51,925 nucleotides of DNA from an uncultured Shimia sp. (GCA_937881735.1 CALGEH010000220.1:1-51925); one strand, 5' to 3'; positions 37,346 through 48,734 are shown, numbered from the stretch's first letter. Numbers and translations are program-made. Notes: generated by a model from the sequence alone, not told the origin.

Positions 37346-39028
37346 TTATGATGTCACCTGTTCGCGAAGGATGGAGGCCGTGAGCGAGAGCATCAGATAG
37401 ATGCCCGCAAAGATCAAAAAGGCCAAAATAGTGTTCTCAAACGCGCGCGGATATGAGGCATCTTGCGAGGCGACAGGGCGCACGGAAACGGTGAGATACC
37501 GCACCTGCTTGTTCGCCTCGATCGTGCTCTGGCGTTTGTTCTCAAGCGCCGATTGCAGCACGAGATCGGCGGTTGCGAGATCGGCCTGCGCCATTTGGAT
37601 ATCAGCGGTCTGCGAGGCCAGCGACGTGGTATCGCCCGCGGCTTGCGTGAGGCGCGCGTTTTGCTTGGCAAGTTCCGCACTCAACACCGTGATTTCGCTT
37701 TGCAACGCCTCCACCCGCGCCGCGTTGGGCCGCGCGTTGTTGAGTTGGATGTTCAGGCCAAGTTGCTTTTCTTGTAGCTGAAGCTCCACGTTGGAGATCA
37801 GTGAGCGGATATTGCCAATCTCGCCCTGCGGGTCCAGAACGCTGCCCTCTTGCATCTCGACCAGACGGCGCTGGGCCTCGCGGCGCTCAAACTTGGCGTC
37901 TTCCAGCCCGGCAATGGCGACCTGTACGGCATCTTGCCGCTTTTCCTGGCTGAGCTCGTCCACACGTTCCTCGGCATACTCGATCAGCTTTTCTGAGAAA
38001 TCTGCACTGACCGCCGGGTCTGCGGTGGCCACTTCCATGCGAAGTACGCCCTCGGTGGGATCATAACCAATTTTGACGTTTTTCTTGTAAAGCTTGAAGG
38101 CGTCTTCGTTGCTGGCATCTGCATCAAGGCGCTGGATCGGGTCGATCCAATCCTGGCTGAAATGATCCCGGAAGCCCACATCGGCATCCAGACGCAGCAT
38201 CGCATCCTTGGACAGAAGGTAGCTTTGCGTCGCGATCGCGTCCTGCCCGGTGGCAAACTGGCTCGGGATCAAACCACCAAGCCCGCCGCCACCCCCGCCA
38301 CCATCGGCTGACAGGATCAGGAATTCGGATTTGGTGGAGTACATCGGGGTTGCAACCACGTAGTAATACCAGCCCGCCACAAGCGTCGGCAGCATCACAA
38401 ACGCCAAAAGCCGGGTCAGAAGCAGCACAAGCTTCTTGCGCCGCCGGCTGCCGATGTCTTTTTGGATGCGGGTGATCTCTTCGCTGCGTTTTGCGGCGGG
38501 GCTCATCTCGACCGCAGGCAGGTTGGGCACGCCGAGGGGCATCGTCTGCGGAAGCTGCACAAATAACGAATCGGGCTCATTCCCGGCGGGCTGAATTGCC
38601 GGGCGTCCGTCTGTGGGCGTCACAAGCTCAAGGATCGAGGCGCGCTGAAACGGATCGATCCCCTTGGCGCGCAACAGGCGCACCGCGTCGAAATCGGAGG
38701 TGGGCGCGAGGCCATGCTTTTGCGCCACGCGCCGCGCCATGCGCAACTGGCGGCCCGTCAGGCCCTCATGGCGAATTTCGTCGATGGTGGCGCCTGCCGA
38801 CATCTCGTTGGCGGAGCTGACCTGCCCTTCGCGTGCGGTGGCAGCGGTCGCAGATGCGGGTGCCACGGGGCGGCGAGGTGGTTGGCTTGCAGGCGGCGCG
38901 GCATTGGGCGCAGGCGCGCGCAAGGCTGCCCCTTGGGATGCAGAGCCGCCCGGCACAGAATTGGCCGCTTCATCATGCGGCGCGCTGCGCTTGATGCGGA
39001 ATTTCCTAGCCTTGGGTTTCGTAGTCAT
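37346..39028 (-). CDS. kpsE: Capsule export inner-membrane protein KpsE-like, with long N-terminal extension
   Basis: TM, periplasmic coiled-coil, YPR and TM architecture; downstream of kpsT. Confidence 0.8.
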   Translation of the reverse strand: MTTKPKARKFRIKRSAPHDEAANSVPGGSASQGAALRAPAPNAAPPASQPPRRPVAPASATAATAREGQVSSANEMSAGATIDEIRHEGLTGRQLRMARRVAQKHGLAPTSDFDAVRLLRAKGIDPFQRASILELVTPTDGRPAIQPAGNEPDSLFVQLPQTMPLGVPNLPAVEMSPAAKRSEEITRIQKDIGSRRRKKLVLLLTRLLAFVMLPTLVAGWYYYVVATPMYSTKSEFLILSADGGGGGGGLGGLIPSQFATGQDAIATQSYLLSKDAMLRLDADVGFRDHFSQDWIDPIQRLDADASNEDAFKLYKKNVKIGYDPTEGVLRMEVATADPAVSADFSEKLIEYAEERVDELSQEKRQDAVQVAIAGLEDAKFERREAQRRLVEMQEGSVLDPQGEIGNIRSLISNVELQLQEKQLGLNIQLNNARPNAARVEALQSEITVLSAELAKQNARLTQAAGDTTSLASQTADIQMAQADLATADLVLQSALENKRQSTIEANKQVRYLTVSVRPVASQDASYPRAFENTILAFLIFAGIYLMLSLTASILREQVTS

Positions 39029-39665
39029 AAAGCTGCTTCGCCTCTTCCAAGGTATCAAACATATAAAACTGCCCGCCCATCAAAACAGCGGCGGAGGTCG
39101 CGAATTTTTCCAGCGTCTCGGGTTGATGCGAGACGATAATGACGGTCGTGGTCGTGAGCCGTTCGCGCAAAATCTCGCCCGCCTTGCGATTGAACTCCAC
39201 ATCGGTGGAGCTGGGCATGCCTTCGTCGATCAGGTAGATGTTGAAATCCAGCGCCAGCATCAGGGCGAAGGTGAACCGCGCCCGCATCCCCGAGCTATAG
39301 GTGCCCAAGGGTTGATCAAAATACTCGCCCAGATTACACATCCAACGGCAAAATGCCTCGACATAATCGGGGTCGAGCCCATAGAGCCTTGCGATATAGC
39401 GGCTGTTCTCCATCGCTGAAATCTTGGCGATCACCCCGCCCATGAAACCGAGAGGAAAGCTGATGCGGCAGCCGCGCCGGATCTCGCCCTCATCGGGTTT
39501 TTCCAGCCCGGCCATCATGTTGATCAATGTCGTCTTGCCGGTGCCGTTGGGCGCAAGAACGCCCATCGAACGGCCAAGCTCCACCCGGAAGGAAACCCGA
39601 TCAAGGATTACCTTATGCTGGGTGCCCGTCCAGAAGGACTTGCTGACATTATCGAACTCGAGCAT
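39006..39665 (-). CDS. kpsT: Capsular polysaccharide ABC transporter ATP-binding protein
   Basis: APNGTGKTT, YSSGMRAR, YLIDE, VSH. Confidence 0.88.
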   Translation of the reverse strand: MLEFDNVSKSFWTGTQHKVILDRVSFRVELGRSMGVLAPNGTGKTTLINMMAGLEKPDEGEIRRGCRISFPLGFMGGVIAKISAMENSRYIARLYGLDPDYVEAFCRWMCNLGEYFDQPLGTYSSGMRARFTFALMLALDFNIYLIDEGMPSSTDVEFNRKAGEILRERLTTTTVIIVSHQPETLEKFATSAAVLMGGQFYMFDTLEEAKQLYDYETQG

Positions 39666-39737
39666 TCAAAAGCTCCGAAATCTGCTCTGTGCCCTCTTTA
39701 ACGGGGCTTTCTTGACGGGAGGATAATCCTCCTGTCC

Positions 39738-39796
39738 CAGCATTATGCCGGATCACGCTCATTATATACAAGATTTCAAGGCAGAATTATGCCGAA
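39738..39796. promoter_or_regulatory. Imperfect 15-bp direct repeat upstream of kpsT
   Basis: CAGCATTATGCCGGA (39738-39752) and CAGAATTATGCCGAA (39782-39796), 44 bp apart. Confidence 0.4.
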
Positions 39797-39948
39797 ATTG
39801 GAAAAAACCGCCCCTCGTCCGGAGTTTTCGTTCTGAATTGGAAACAAACTCCTGCGGGTGGAGGCGGGTAGCGCCCTTCTTTCGCCGCAAAGGCGTTCGC
39901 TCTGGCGCTCAAATGGTCTAGCTGTGGATCAGATCAGAGGGGGATAAC

Positions 39949-40398
39949 ATGATGAGCGATATGGAAACGACGGGAGGCTGTCTTTGTCGCGCGGTCCGCT
40001 ACGCAATCACAGGCGCGCCGCTTTCGGTGATTTACTGCCATTGCGAGAGTTGCCGCAAACATGCGGGCGCGCCCGTTGTGGCGCTTGCGGGCTACAAGCG
40101 CGCACAGCTGCGCTATACGGCGGGCGCGCCACAGGTCTATGCGTCCTCGGCTGGCGTCGGGCGGGCGTCCTGTGGGGCGTGCGGCACGCCGCTTACCTGG
40201 GAGGGGGACGGGGGCGAGATCGGCCCGATGGTGGAGATGTTGGTCGGCACGCTTGACCGACCCGAGGATTTTGCGCCGAGCTGTCATATCCACTATGCAG
40301 AACGTCTGACATGGTTCGATGTGGCCGATGATTTGCCGCGTTATTCCGAGTGGCATGATGGTGGCGAGGCTCCCGCCTGCCACGGGCCTGCCCGCTGA
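39949..40398 (+). CDS. GFA (CENP-V/Mss4-like) Zn-binding protein
   Basis: GGCLC, CHCESCRK, CGACGT; start may be 39952 or 39961. Confidence 0.88.
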   Translation: MMSDMETTGGCLCRAVRYAITGAPLSVIYCHCESCRKHAGAPVVALAGYKRAQLRYTAGAPQVYASSAGVGRASCGACGTPLTWEGDGGEIGPMVEMLVGTLDRPEDFAPSCHIHYAERLTWFDVADDLPRYSEWHDGGEAPACHGPAR

Positions 40399-40399
40399 G

Positions 40400-40987
40400 A
40401 TGGGCCTGCGCGCCGAGATCGGGGCCTGTACGCTTTGCGCGGATCGGTTTGCGACGACCGCCACCGCGCACCCGCCCCGACCCGTGGTCTGGTTTCGGCC
40501 CTCCGCGCGTATTTTGATCGCGGGGCAAGCGCCCGGTGCGCAGGTCCATGCCTCGGGGCGGCCCTTTGACGACGCCTCAGGCGCGCGGTTGCGCGATTGG
40601 TTAGGGCTGAGTGAGGCTGCGTTTTATGACCAGAGTCGCGTGGCGATCGTGCCTATGGCGTTTTGCTTTCCGGGCTATGACGCCAAGGGCAGCGACCTGC
40701 CGCCCCCGCCGCTTTGCCGCGCGACATGGCACGCGCGGGTGATGGGCGCGCTGCCAGATTTGCGCCTGAAGGTCGTGATCGGGGGCTATGCCCAGCGGTT
40801 TCATTACGGCGCGCGCAGCGGCGTGACGGAGATGGTGCGTGGCTGGCGCGACCATGCGCCCGCCGGCTTCCCCTTGCCGCATCCCTCGTGGCGCAATACG
40901 GGATGGCTGAAGAAAAACCCGTGGTTTGAGGCGGAGCTGGTGCCCGCCCTGAGGGCCCGCGTGGCGGAGGTGATGCGCGATGGATGA
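40400..40987 (+). CDS. Uracil-DNA glycosylase superfamily protein
   Basis: CTLC, GQAPG, DDASGARLRDW, FCFPG, LPHPSWRN. Confidence 0.88.
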   Translation: MGLRAEIGACTLCADRFATTATAHPPRPVVWFRPSARILIAGQAPGAQVHASGRPFDDASGARLRDWLGLSEAAFYDQSRVAIVPMAFCFPGYDAKGSDLPPPPLCRATWHARVMGALPDLRLKVVIGGYAQRFHYGARSGVTEMVRGWRDHAPAGFPLPHPSWRNTGWLKKNPWFEAELVPALRARVAEVMRDG

Positions 40988-41765
40988 GACCGATCTGGAC
41001 CGCGCCCACGCACGGATGAGTGCCGCGCCAGAAGATGATACGGCACGGGTGGCGTTTTACGCGGCGTTGAGCGATGCGAGCCTCGTTCTTTTGCTCACGG
41101 GCGAGGCGGTGGGCGATGACATATCGCCCGAGATTTTCGAGGTGGACGATCAGCGGTTTGCCTTGGCCTTTGATACTGAGGAGCGGCTCGCGGATTTCAG
41201 CGGGGCGGCTTCCGCTTATGTGGCCGTGCCGGGGCGGATCGTGGCGCAGATGCTGGGCGACGCCGGGATCGGGCTGGGGCTTAACCTTGATGTCGCCCCC
41301 TCGTCTATCCTGATGCCGCCCGAGGCGCTTGCATGGCTCACTGAGACGCTGGGCGGGGAGGCACCACAGGAGGTGGCCGCGCGCCCCGAAGAGTTGCGCC
41401 CACCCGGTGCGCTGCCCGAGGGGTTATTGACGGCGCTTGATGCGAAGCTGTCGCGGACCGGCGGCTTGGTGCACTGCGCCTATCTGTCGGGTGTTAGCTA
41501 TGCGGGCGGGGGGCAGGGGCATCTCATTGCCTTCGTGGGCGCCGTGCCGGGATCGGAGGACGTTCTGGCGCGCGCGGTGTCGGAGGCGCTGATCTTTTCG
41601 GGGGTCGAGGCCGGTGCACTCGATGTGGGCTTCGTGCCTGCGGGTGGCGCCATGGAGGCGCGACTGGAGCGGGTGGCGCTCAGGGTTGATCCCGCGCGGC
41701 CGGAGGCTGTGGCGGAGCGGGGCGCTCCTGGATCAGACCCTGACGCGCCGCCGCGCTTGCGCTAA
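40980..41765 (+). CDS. SseB-family protein
   Basis: FY..L....L.LLL, FDTEERL and GLGLN pattern typical of Rhodobacterales SseB proteins. Confidence 0.7.
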   Translation: MDETDLDRAHARMSAAPEDDTARVAFYAALSDASLVLLLTGEAVGDDISPEIFEVDDQRFALAFDTEERLADFSGAASAYVAVPGRIVAQMLGDAGIGLGLNLDVAPSSILMPPEALAWLTETLGGEAPQEVAARPEELRPPGALPEGLLTALDAKLSRTGGLVHCAYLSGVSYAGGGQGHLIAFVGAVPGSEDVLARAVSEALIFSGVEAGALDVGFVPAGGAMEARLERVALRVDPARPEAVAERGAPGSDPDAPPRLR

Positions 41766-42691
41766 TACCCTTGCGCGCGGTCCACGAGATGCAGGAACGG
41801 CTCCCCCGCCTCGCCGCGCCGGATGTTCTCGACAATCACCTCTGAGGCGGTGACGGGACGGGTCTCTGACGCGATATGGGGCGTTACGGTGACGTTTGGA
41901 TGGGCCCAGTAGGGGTGATCCGTTGCCAAAGGCTCCTTTCGGAAAACATCGAGCGTGGCGTGGCCGATCTGGCCCTTGTCCAGTGCGGCCAGAAGTGCTG
42001 CATCGTCGATCAATGGGCCGCGCCCGGGATTGATCACAAACGCGCCGGGGGCCATCAGGGCGAGGCGCTCGGCGTTGATCAAATTGTCTGTCTCGGGCGT
42101 GGCGGGTAACAAAAGCACCAGACCCTCCGCCCCTGTCAGCGCATCCACGAGTCCCGCCGCGCCATTCAGACAACGGATGCCCGGCACCTCTTTGGGCGCG
42201 CGGCTCCACCCGGTCACGTCAAAGCCCAGATCACGCAGCGCGCCGGCGCAGGCGGCCCCCAACGCCCCGAGGCCCAGAACGGTCACCTTGCGATCGCTTG
42301 CCAAGGGCGGCGCATAATCGCGCCAGATCCCGTCCTGACCGTGGATATGCAGGTCCATCCCGAGATGGTGGCGCAACGTGTGGCCCGCGACCCATTCGAC
42401 TATGCCTTGGGTCAGCCCATGATCCACCATCCGCGCCAGCGGCAGCTTGAGCGTCGTGTTGCCAACGATCCCCTCCACCCCGGCCCAAAGGCTCAGAACC
42501 GCCTTGCAGCGCGTGTAGGGCGCGAAATCCTGCACCACGGAATTGGGGGCATAGACGATGTAATCCACCTCCTCCGGCGCGATATCCATGGCCAGATGCG
42601 CGTCGATCCCGGCGTTGGCGAGGGCCGTGCGCAGGGGCCCTACGTATTCGGGGAAGCGGGCGGGGCGGGCGGCGAAAAGGATGTTGAGCAT
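41762..42691 (-). CDS. ghrA: Glyoxylate/hydroxypyruvate reductase A
   Basis: WAGVE, LARMVD, GLGALG, NPGRG, LDVF..EPL, TPHIAS. Confidence 0.88.
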   Translation of the reverse strand: MLNILFAARPARFPEYVGPLRTALANAGIDAHLAMDIAPEEVDYIVYAPNSVVQDFAPYTRCKAVLSLWAGVEGIVGNTTLKLPLARMVDHGLTQGIVEWVAGHTLRHHLGMDLHIHGQDGIWRDYAPPLASDRKVTVLGLGALGAACAGALRDLGFDVTGWSRAPKEVPGIRCLNGAAGLVDALTGAEGLVLLLPATPETDNLINAERLALMAPGAFVINPGRGPLIDDAALLAALDKGQIGHATLDVFRKEPLATDHPYWAHPNVTVTPHIASETRPVTASEVIVENIRRGEAGEPFLHLVDRAQGY

Positions 42692-42700
42692 TGGATGGAA

Positions 42701-43840
42701 CTACCTTGGGCGGTGAACATGGGCGCTTTGCACGAGGCCGAAGCCGATCATCAGGATTAGCATGGCCGAGCCACCATAGCTGACCAAAGGCAGCGGCACA
42801 CCGACAACAGGTGCCAGACCCATAACCATTGACATGTTGACCGCGAAAAAGAGGAAAAACGTGGCCGCCACACCCAAAATCATCAGCGACGAAAACCTGT
42901 CGCGATTGGCCATGGCGGAGGCGACACAGAAGAGGATGATCAGCGCATAAAGGGTCAGCAGGGAGATCGCGCCGAGAAATCCAAACTCCTCGGCCAGGGT
43001 GGTGAAGATGAAATCGGTATGCTTTTCGGGCAGGAAGTTCAGGCGGCTTTGCGTGCCTTGCATGAAGCCACGCCCCGTCCAGCCACCAGAACCGAGCGCG
43101 ATCTTGGATTGTGTGATGTGATAGCCCGCGCCCAAAGGATCGGTTGAGGGATCGATAAACGTGTCGATCCGGCGATACTGGTAATCCGCGAGAAGCTGCC
43201 AATCGGTGCCGCGGCTTTGGAACACTGCCGTGATGAGGCCGATACCAGCGGCGAGAACGGCGGCGAAATAGGCCCAATGCACACCCGCCAGAAACATCAT
43301 GATGGCCCCCGCCACCAAAAGCAGGATCGACGTGCCTAGGTCAGGTTGTTTGAGCACCAAAAAGACCGGGATCATGATCAGGATCACTGGGATCAGCACG
43401 AAAGCGGGCTTGGAGGTGCGCCCGAGCGATAGCCAGTCGTAATAGGCGGCAAGCACCATCACGAGGGTGATCTTCATCAGTTCCGAAGGCTGAAGCCGCA
43501 TGAAGCCCAGATCAATCCACCGCTGCGCACCCATGCCGACCGCGCCAAAAAACTCTACCGCCACCAACAAAGCCAGCGCCACGAGATAGGCAAGGAGGGC
43601 CACGTTACGCCAGAAATAGATCGGGATCATCGCTACGAAGATCATGAGGGCGAAGCCGAGGCCGAACCGCTTCATCTGAGCCTCGCCCCAGGGCTGGAAT
43701 GAACCGCCCGCGACGGAATAGAGCATCAAGAAGCCAACGCCGGCCACAGCCGTCAGCAACAAGGCAAGGGGCCAATTGAGGTAGAGAATCTTTCTCAGGC
43801 CCGAAGGCGTAGTTTTGACGGTATATTCAAGATAGCTCAT
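42701..43840 (-). CDS. rodA: SEDS peptidoglycan glycosyltransferase RodA
   Basis: GAQRWI, QPSELMK, QPDLGT, LPEKHTDFIF, PLVSYGGS. Confidence 0.96.
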   Translation of the reverse strand: MSYLEYTVKTTPSGLRKILYLNWPLALLLTAVAGVGFLMLYSVAGGSFQPWGEAQMKRFGLGFALMIFVAMIPIYFWRNVALLAYLVALALLVAVEFFGAVGMGAQRWIDLGFMRLQPSELMKITLVMVLAAYYDWLSLGRTSKPAFVLIPVILIMIPVFLVLKQPDLGTSILLLVAGAIMMFLAGVHWAYFAAVLAAGIGLITAVFQSRGTDWQLLADYQYRRIDTFIDPSTDPLGAGYHITQSKIALGSGGWTGRGFMQGTQSRLNFLPEKHTDFIFTTLAEEFGFLGAISLLTLYALIILFCVASAMANRDRFSSLMILGVAATFFLFFAVNMSMVMGLAPVVGVPLPLVSYGGSAMLILMIGFGLVQSAHVHRPR

Positions 43841-45777
43841 GCGCGATCACGGGCCCCGGCGCGGTAATCGGGCCGCGCCTCACGCAGGCGCGCCTGAAGC
43901 TCCTTGATGCGGGCGCGGTCCTTGGTGGGGTAGGCATCAAGCGGCGGGTCCTCGCCATAAAGCGCCTGAAGCGTGACATCGCGCGCGATGGGGGCCGCCG
44001 CCGTAGAGCCCCCACCGCCATGCTCGACGATGACGGCGACGGCGATCTTGGGATTATCATAGGGCGCGTAATTCACATACAGCGCGTGGTCGCGGCGCTC
44101 CCATGGCAGGTCCTCATTGCGGCGCACACCGGCGGCGCGCTCGGCAGTGGTGATGTTGCGCACCTGACTGGTGCCGGTCTTGCCCGCCATGCGCATCCCA
44201 TCCGTGATGATCCGGCTGCCATAGGCGGTGCCGCGCCGGGTGTTGACCACGTCATACATCGCACGGCGGATCTGGCGCAGGTTGTTCTCGTTGAGGCCCA
44301 GATCCTCGCCATGGCCGGTGGGGGTCTCGACCCCGTCGATGGATTTGATCAGGCGGGGCGTCACGCTGCGCCCTGTTGCCAGCCGCGCGGTCATCACGGC
44401 CAGTTGCAAGGGCGAGCTGAGCACGTAACCCTGCCCGATGGAGGCGTTCACGCTATCGCCGATGCGCCACTCTTCGCCACGTGTCTCGCGTTTCCAATCG
44501 CGGTCGGGCACCAGCCCTCTCGCCACGGAGGTCATCGGCAGATCATGCTGCACGCCAAGGCCGAGGCGGCGGGCCATCTCGGAAATCTTCTCGATCCCTG
44601 TCCGCAGGGCCATTTCATAGTAGTAGACATCGCAGCTTTCCTGAAGCGACTTGCCCAGATCGACATTGCCATGGCCCGCGCGTTTCCAGCAGTGGAACCT
44701 GCGGTCGCTGACCTCCAGATGGCCGGGGCAATACACGGTGTCGTCCGGCACGGAGGTGCCGTTTTCCAGTGCCGCAAGCGCCGTGATCATCTTGAAGGTG
44801 GAGCCGGGCGGGTAGATGCCCTGCACCGATTTGTTTGGCAACGGGCGATATTTATTATCCAGAAGGGCTTTGTAATCCGCCACGGAGATGCCGCGCACGA
44901 AGAGGTTGGGATCGAACCCCGGCGCGGAGACGGTAGAGAGCACATCGCCCGTCTCGCAATCCATTACCACCACAGCGGCGCTTTCACCGTTCAGGCGGGC
45001 ATGGATGTAGGATTGCAGATGGCTGTCCGTGGTGATCTGGATATCCTTGCCCGGCTCGCCTTCGCGCCGGTTAAGCTCGCGGATAACGCGGCCAGCGGCG
45101 TTCTGTTCAACACGCTTGGTACCCGCCTTGCCGCGCAGCATGTCTTCGCGCCGCTGCTCAAGGCCGACCTTGCCAATCTGAAAGCGTGGGATGCGCAGAA
45201 GCTGATCCGGGGCCTCGATCCGCTCAAGATCGTAATCGCTGACCGGACCGACATAGCCGACCAGATGGGCATATTCCTCCAGCATCGGATAGCGGCGCGA
45301 AAGGCCTACCTCGGGGTGCACGCCGGGCAGGGCGGGGGCGTTGACGGCGACGCGGCTGACCTCGTCCCATGTGACGCGATCAGCCAGCGTGACCGGGTGT
45401 ATGCGTGTGCGGCGCATCTCCTCGCGGGCGCGCTCGATTTCTTCGGGGTCGAGGTTCACGATCCGGCCCAACCGCTCGATCAGGTCATCGACGTCCACGA
45501 CTTCCTCCTGCTCGATCATGATCCGATAGCTTGGCACGTTTTCGGCTACGACGAGGCCGTTGCGATCAAAAATCTGCCCGCGTGCAGGCGGGATGAGGCG
45601 GATCTTGATGCGGTTTTCTTCGGCCAGGAGGCGGAACTGATCTGCTTCTTCCACCTGAAAATGCCGCATCCGCCAGACCAAAAGCCCAACAAACCCGCCC
45701 TGCGCCGCCCCCAAGATAAGACCTCGGCGGGAGATTTTACGATGGCTCAGGGCCGTGTCGCGTGTGGGGCGTCTCAT
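43837..45777 (-). CDS. mrdA: Penicillin-binding protein 2
   Basis: RGQIFDRNG, PGSTFK (SxxK), SCD, KTGTSQ. Confidence 0.96.
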   Translation of the reverse strand: MRRPTRDTALSHRKISRRGLILGAAQGGFVGLLVWRMRHFQVEEADQFRLLAEENRIKIRLIPPARGQIFDRNGLVVAENVPSYRIMIEQEEVVDVDDLIERLGRIVNLDPEEIERAREEMRRTRIHPVTLADRVTWDEVSRVAVNAPALPGVHPEVGLSRRYPMLEEYAHLVGYVGPVSDYDLERIEAPDQLLRIPRFQIGKVGLEQRREDMLRGKAGTKRVEQNAAGRVIRELNRREGEPGKDIQITTDSHLQSYIHARLNGESAAVVVMDCETGDVLSTVSAPGFDPNLFVRGISVADYKALLDNKYRPLPNKSVQGIYPPGSTFKMITALAALENGTSVPDDTVYCPGHLEVSDRRFHCWKRAGHGNVDLGKSLQESCDVYYYEMALRTGIEKISEMARRLGLGVQHDLPMTSVARGLVPDRDWKRETRGEEWRIGDSVNASIGQGYVLSSPLQLAVMTARLATGRSVTPRLIKSIDGVETPTGHGEDLGLNENNLRQIRRAMYDVVNTRRGTAYGSRIITDGMRMAGKTGTSQVRNITTAERAAGVRRNEDLPWERRDHALYVNYAPYDNPKIAVAVIVEHGGGGSTAAAPIARDVTLQALYGEDPPLDAYPTKDRARIKELQARLREARPDYRAGARDRA

Positions 45778-46313
45778 GTGCGTTGTCCCATGCTGCTGTC
45801 ATCGCCTGGCCTGATCTTGCGCACCCGGGCCAAAAGGGCGGAAGCCATGACCACGAAAGGATAGGCCGCAATCGTGGCACCCATCTGCATGAGGTTGAGC
45901 ACCAGCGGGGCCTGATCTACCAACAAGATAGCAAGAATAAGCCGTTCGGCCAATGTCATGATCATGAGGACCGTCGCCACGGTCAGCCATTCCGGGCCAA
46001 AGCCCATGTCGCGCAGATCAGCCGAGCGGCTGCGCAAAGCCTCCGCCCCCAGTACCACCAGCGCGGCCCACAGGCCGGGTGGGCGTTGAAACAACAGATC
46101 AGCCAGCAGGACCATGAGGCCGATCAAGAGTGGCGGTGCAAATTCAGGACGGCGAAGTACCCAGGCAAAGGCAAGGGCCGCGATCAGATCAGGCCCCGCC
46201 CAGCCGCGTGGCAGCATGTCGAGCGGCAAAAGCCGCCAGAAAATGATACCAAGGCAGAGCAGGGCGAAAAGCGCGCGCATGGACCACAGATATGTGCCGC
46301 GATGCTCAACCAT
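45774..46313 (-). CDS. mreD: Rod shape-determining protein MreD
   Basis: Hydrophobic, with PDL...W.LRRP motif; between mreC and mrdA. Confidence 0.85.
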   Translation of the reverse strand: MVEHRGTYLWSMRALFALLCLGIIFWRLLPLDMLPRGWAGPDLIAALAFAWVLRRPEFAPPLLIGLMVLLADLLFQRPPGLWAALVVLGAEALRSRSADLRDMGFGPEWLTVATVLMIMTLAERLILAILLVDQAPLVLNLMQMGATIAAYPFVVMASALLARVRKIRPGDDSSMGQRT

Positions 46314-47235
46314 CGTTTGGCGCCTCCTCGGTCGCTTGCGCGCCTTCCTCGGCCACGTCCGAAGGCGGAGTGGGCGGTGCGGTCTCGATCAGCGCGCCTG
46401 GGTTTTCAATCGTCTCGCCCCCCAGATCGCGCAGCACCCGCAGAAACTCCAGCCGTTCGTAATCGGCGGCAAGGCGCAGGCGCATCCGCCCGCTCGGATC
46501 AAGTGCTATCTGCCCAACCAAAAGCCCCGGAGGGAAAACACCGCCATCGCCCGATGTGATCACGCGGTCGCCGGGCCGCACGCTCCCTGCGTTCTCAATG
46601 AAATCGACGGGCGGCGCGGCGGTATTATCACCCAGTACGAGGGCCGTTTGCCCCGACGGCTGCACGGTGACGGGGATGCGGCTGGACGTATCGGTAAGCA
46701 AAATGACCCGCGCCGAATTATCTCCCACGCCTGATATCCGTCCCACAAGGCCGAGGCCATCCATTGCGGCCCAGCCATCCTTGATGCCGTCGCGCGCGCC
46801 CACATTCAGCAGCACCGATTGCCGAAACGGCGAGCCGCTATCGGCGCGCACGCCGCCGGTGATGAACGTCATCCGCGGGTCGAGCCGCACGTTGTTGAGG
46901 TCAAGCAGCCGGGCGTTTTCCTGCTCCAGTTGCAGGGCCGCCTCTTTCCACTGGGTCATCTGCTGCAATTCGCGGCGCAGCTCACGGTTCTGATCATAGA
47001 GCCGCTCGTAGCTTTGGAAATCGCGCAGAATATTGACCGTGCCCGTCACCGGCGCCATGGCCCAATCGAAATTGGGTACGACCGTGTCGACCACTTGTGC
47101 ACGGAACCGCTCAACCCGTGGGCTGTCGATGCGCCAGAGCAGGAAAATTCCGAGCAGGCACAGCAGCACCACCCCCAAAAGCAAGCGTTTCAGAGGGCCG
47201 GTGAAATCTTCGCTCTGTCGTCGGTCACGTGCCAA
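46306..47235 (-). CDS. mreC: Rod shape-determining protein MreC
   Basis: TM, coiled coil ENARL, GLVGRI, TSGDGGVFPPGL; TTG start. Confidence 0.92.
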   Translation of the reverse strand: MARDRRQSEDFTGPLKRLLLGVVLLCLLGIFLLWRIDSPRVERFRAQVVDTVVPNFDWAMAPVTGTVNILRDFQSYERLYDQNRELRRELQQMTQWKEAALQLEQENARLLDLNNVRLDPRMTFITGGVRADSGSPFRQSVLLNVGARDGIKDGWAAMDGLGLVGRISGVGDNSARVILLTDTSSRIPVTVQPSGQTALVLGDNTAAPPVDFIENAGSVRPGDRVITSGDGGVFPPGLLVGQIALDPSGRMRLRLAADYERLEFLRVLRDLGGETIENPGALIETAPPTPPSDVAEEGAQATEEAPNDG

Positions 47236-47326
47236 AGCGTCCTCGCGGGTGGGGCGCAGGGGGCGCCCGCGTGATGTGGTCCCTGATCCTCAGATATAGG
47301 TGTGGCAGGCCAAAGCCCCAAGCACC

Positions 47327-48475
<1,149 letters not shown>

Positions 48476-48519
48476 TCACGGGCTGAGCAAGACCCTGCCG
48501 GGGTGCAAGGAGGTGCAAG

Positions 48520-48723
48520 ATGATTATTGTCGCAGGGCTGTTGATCGCCTTTGTTCTGGTGCTGCTACTATCCAACCGGCGCACGCGGATGTGCCGGTGG
48601 CGGCAAGACCGCACCCAAGATCAAGACGGACAGCGGGCATGGCGGTGCGCGGCTTGTGGCGCTGAGGACTTTACGCGCGGGACAAAACCCCCCAAAGAAT
48701 GCCGCAACACGCCGCCCGGTTGA
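48520..48723 (+). CDS. Small membrane-anchored Cys-rich hypothetical protein
   Basis: AGGAGG RBS, N-terminal TM helix, then C-R-W...CAAC...C. Confidence 0.65.
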   Translation: MIIVAGLLIAFVLVLLLSNRRTRMCRWRQDRTQDQDGQRAWRCAACGAEDFTRGTKPPKECRNTPPG

Positions 48724-48734
48724 GGAGATATGTC

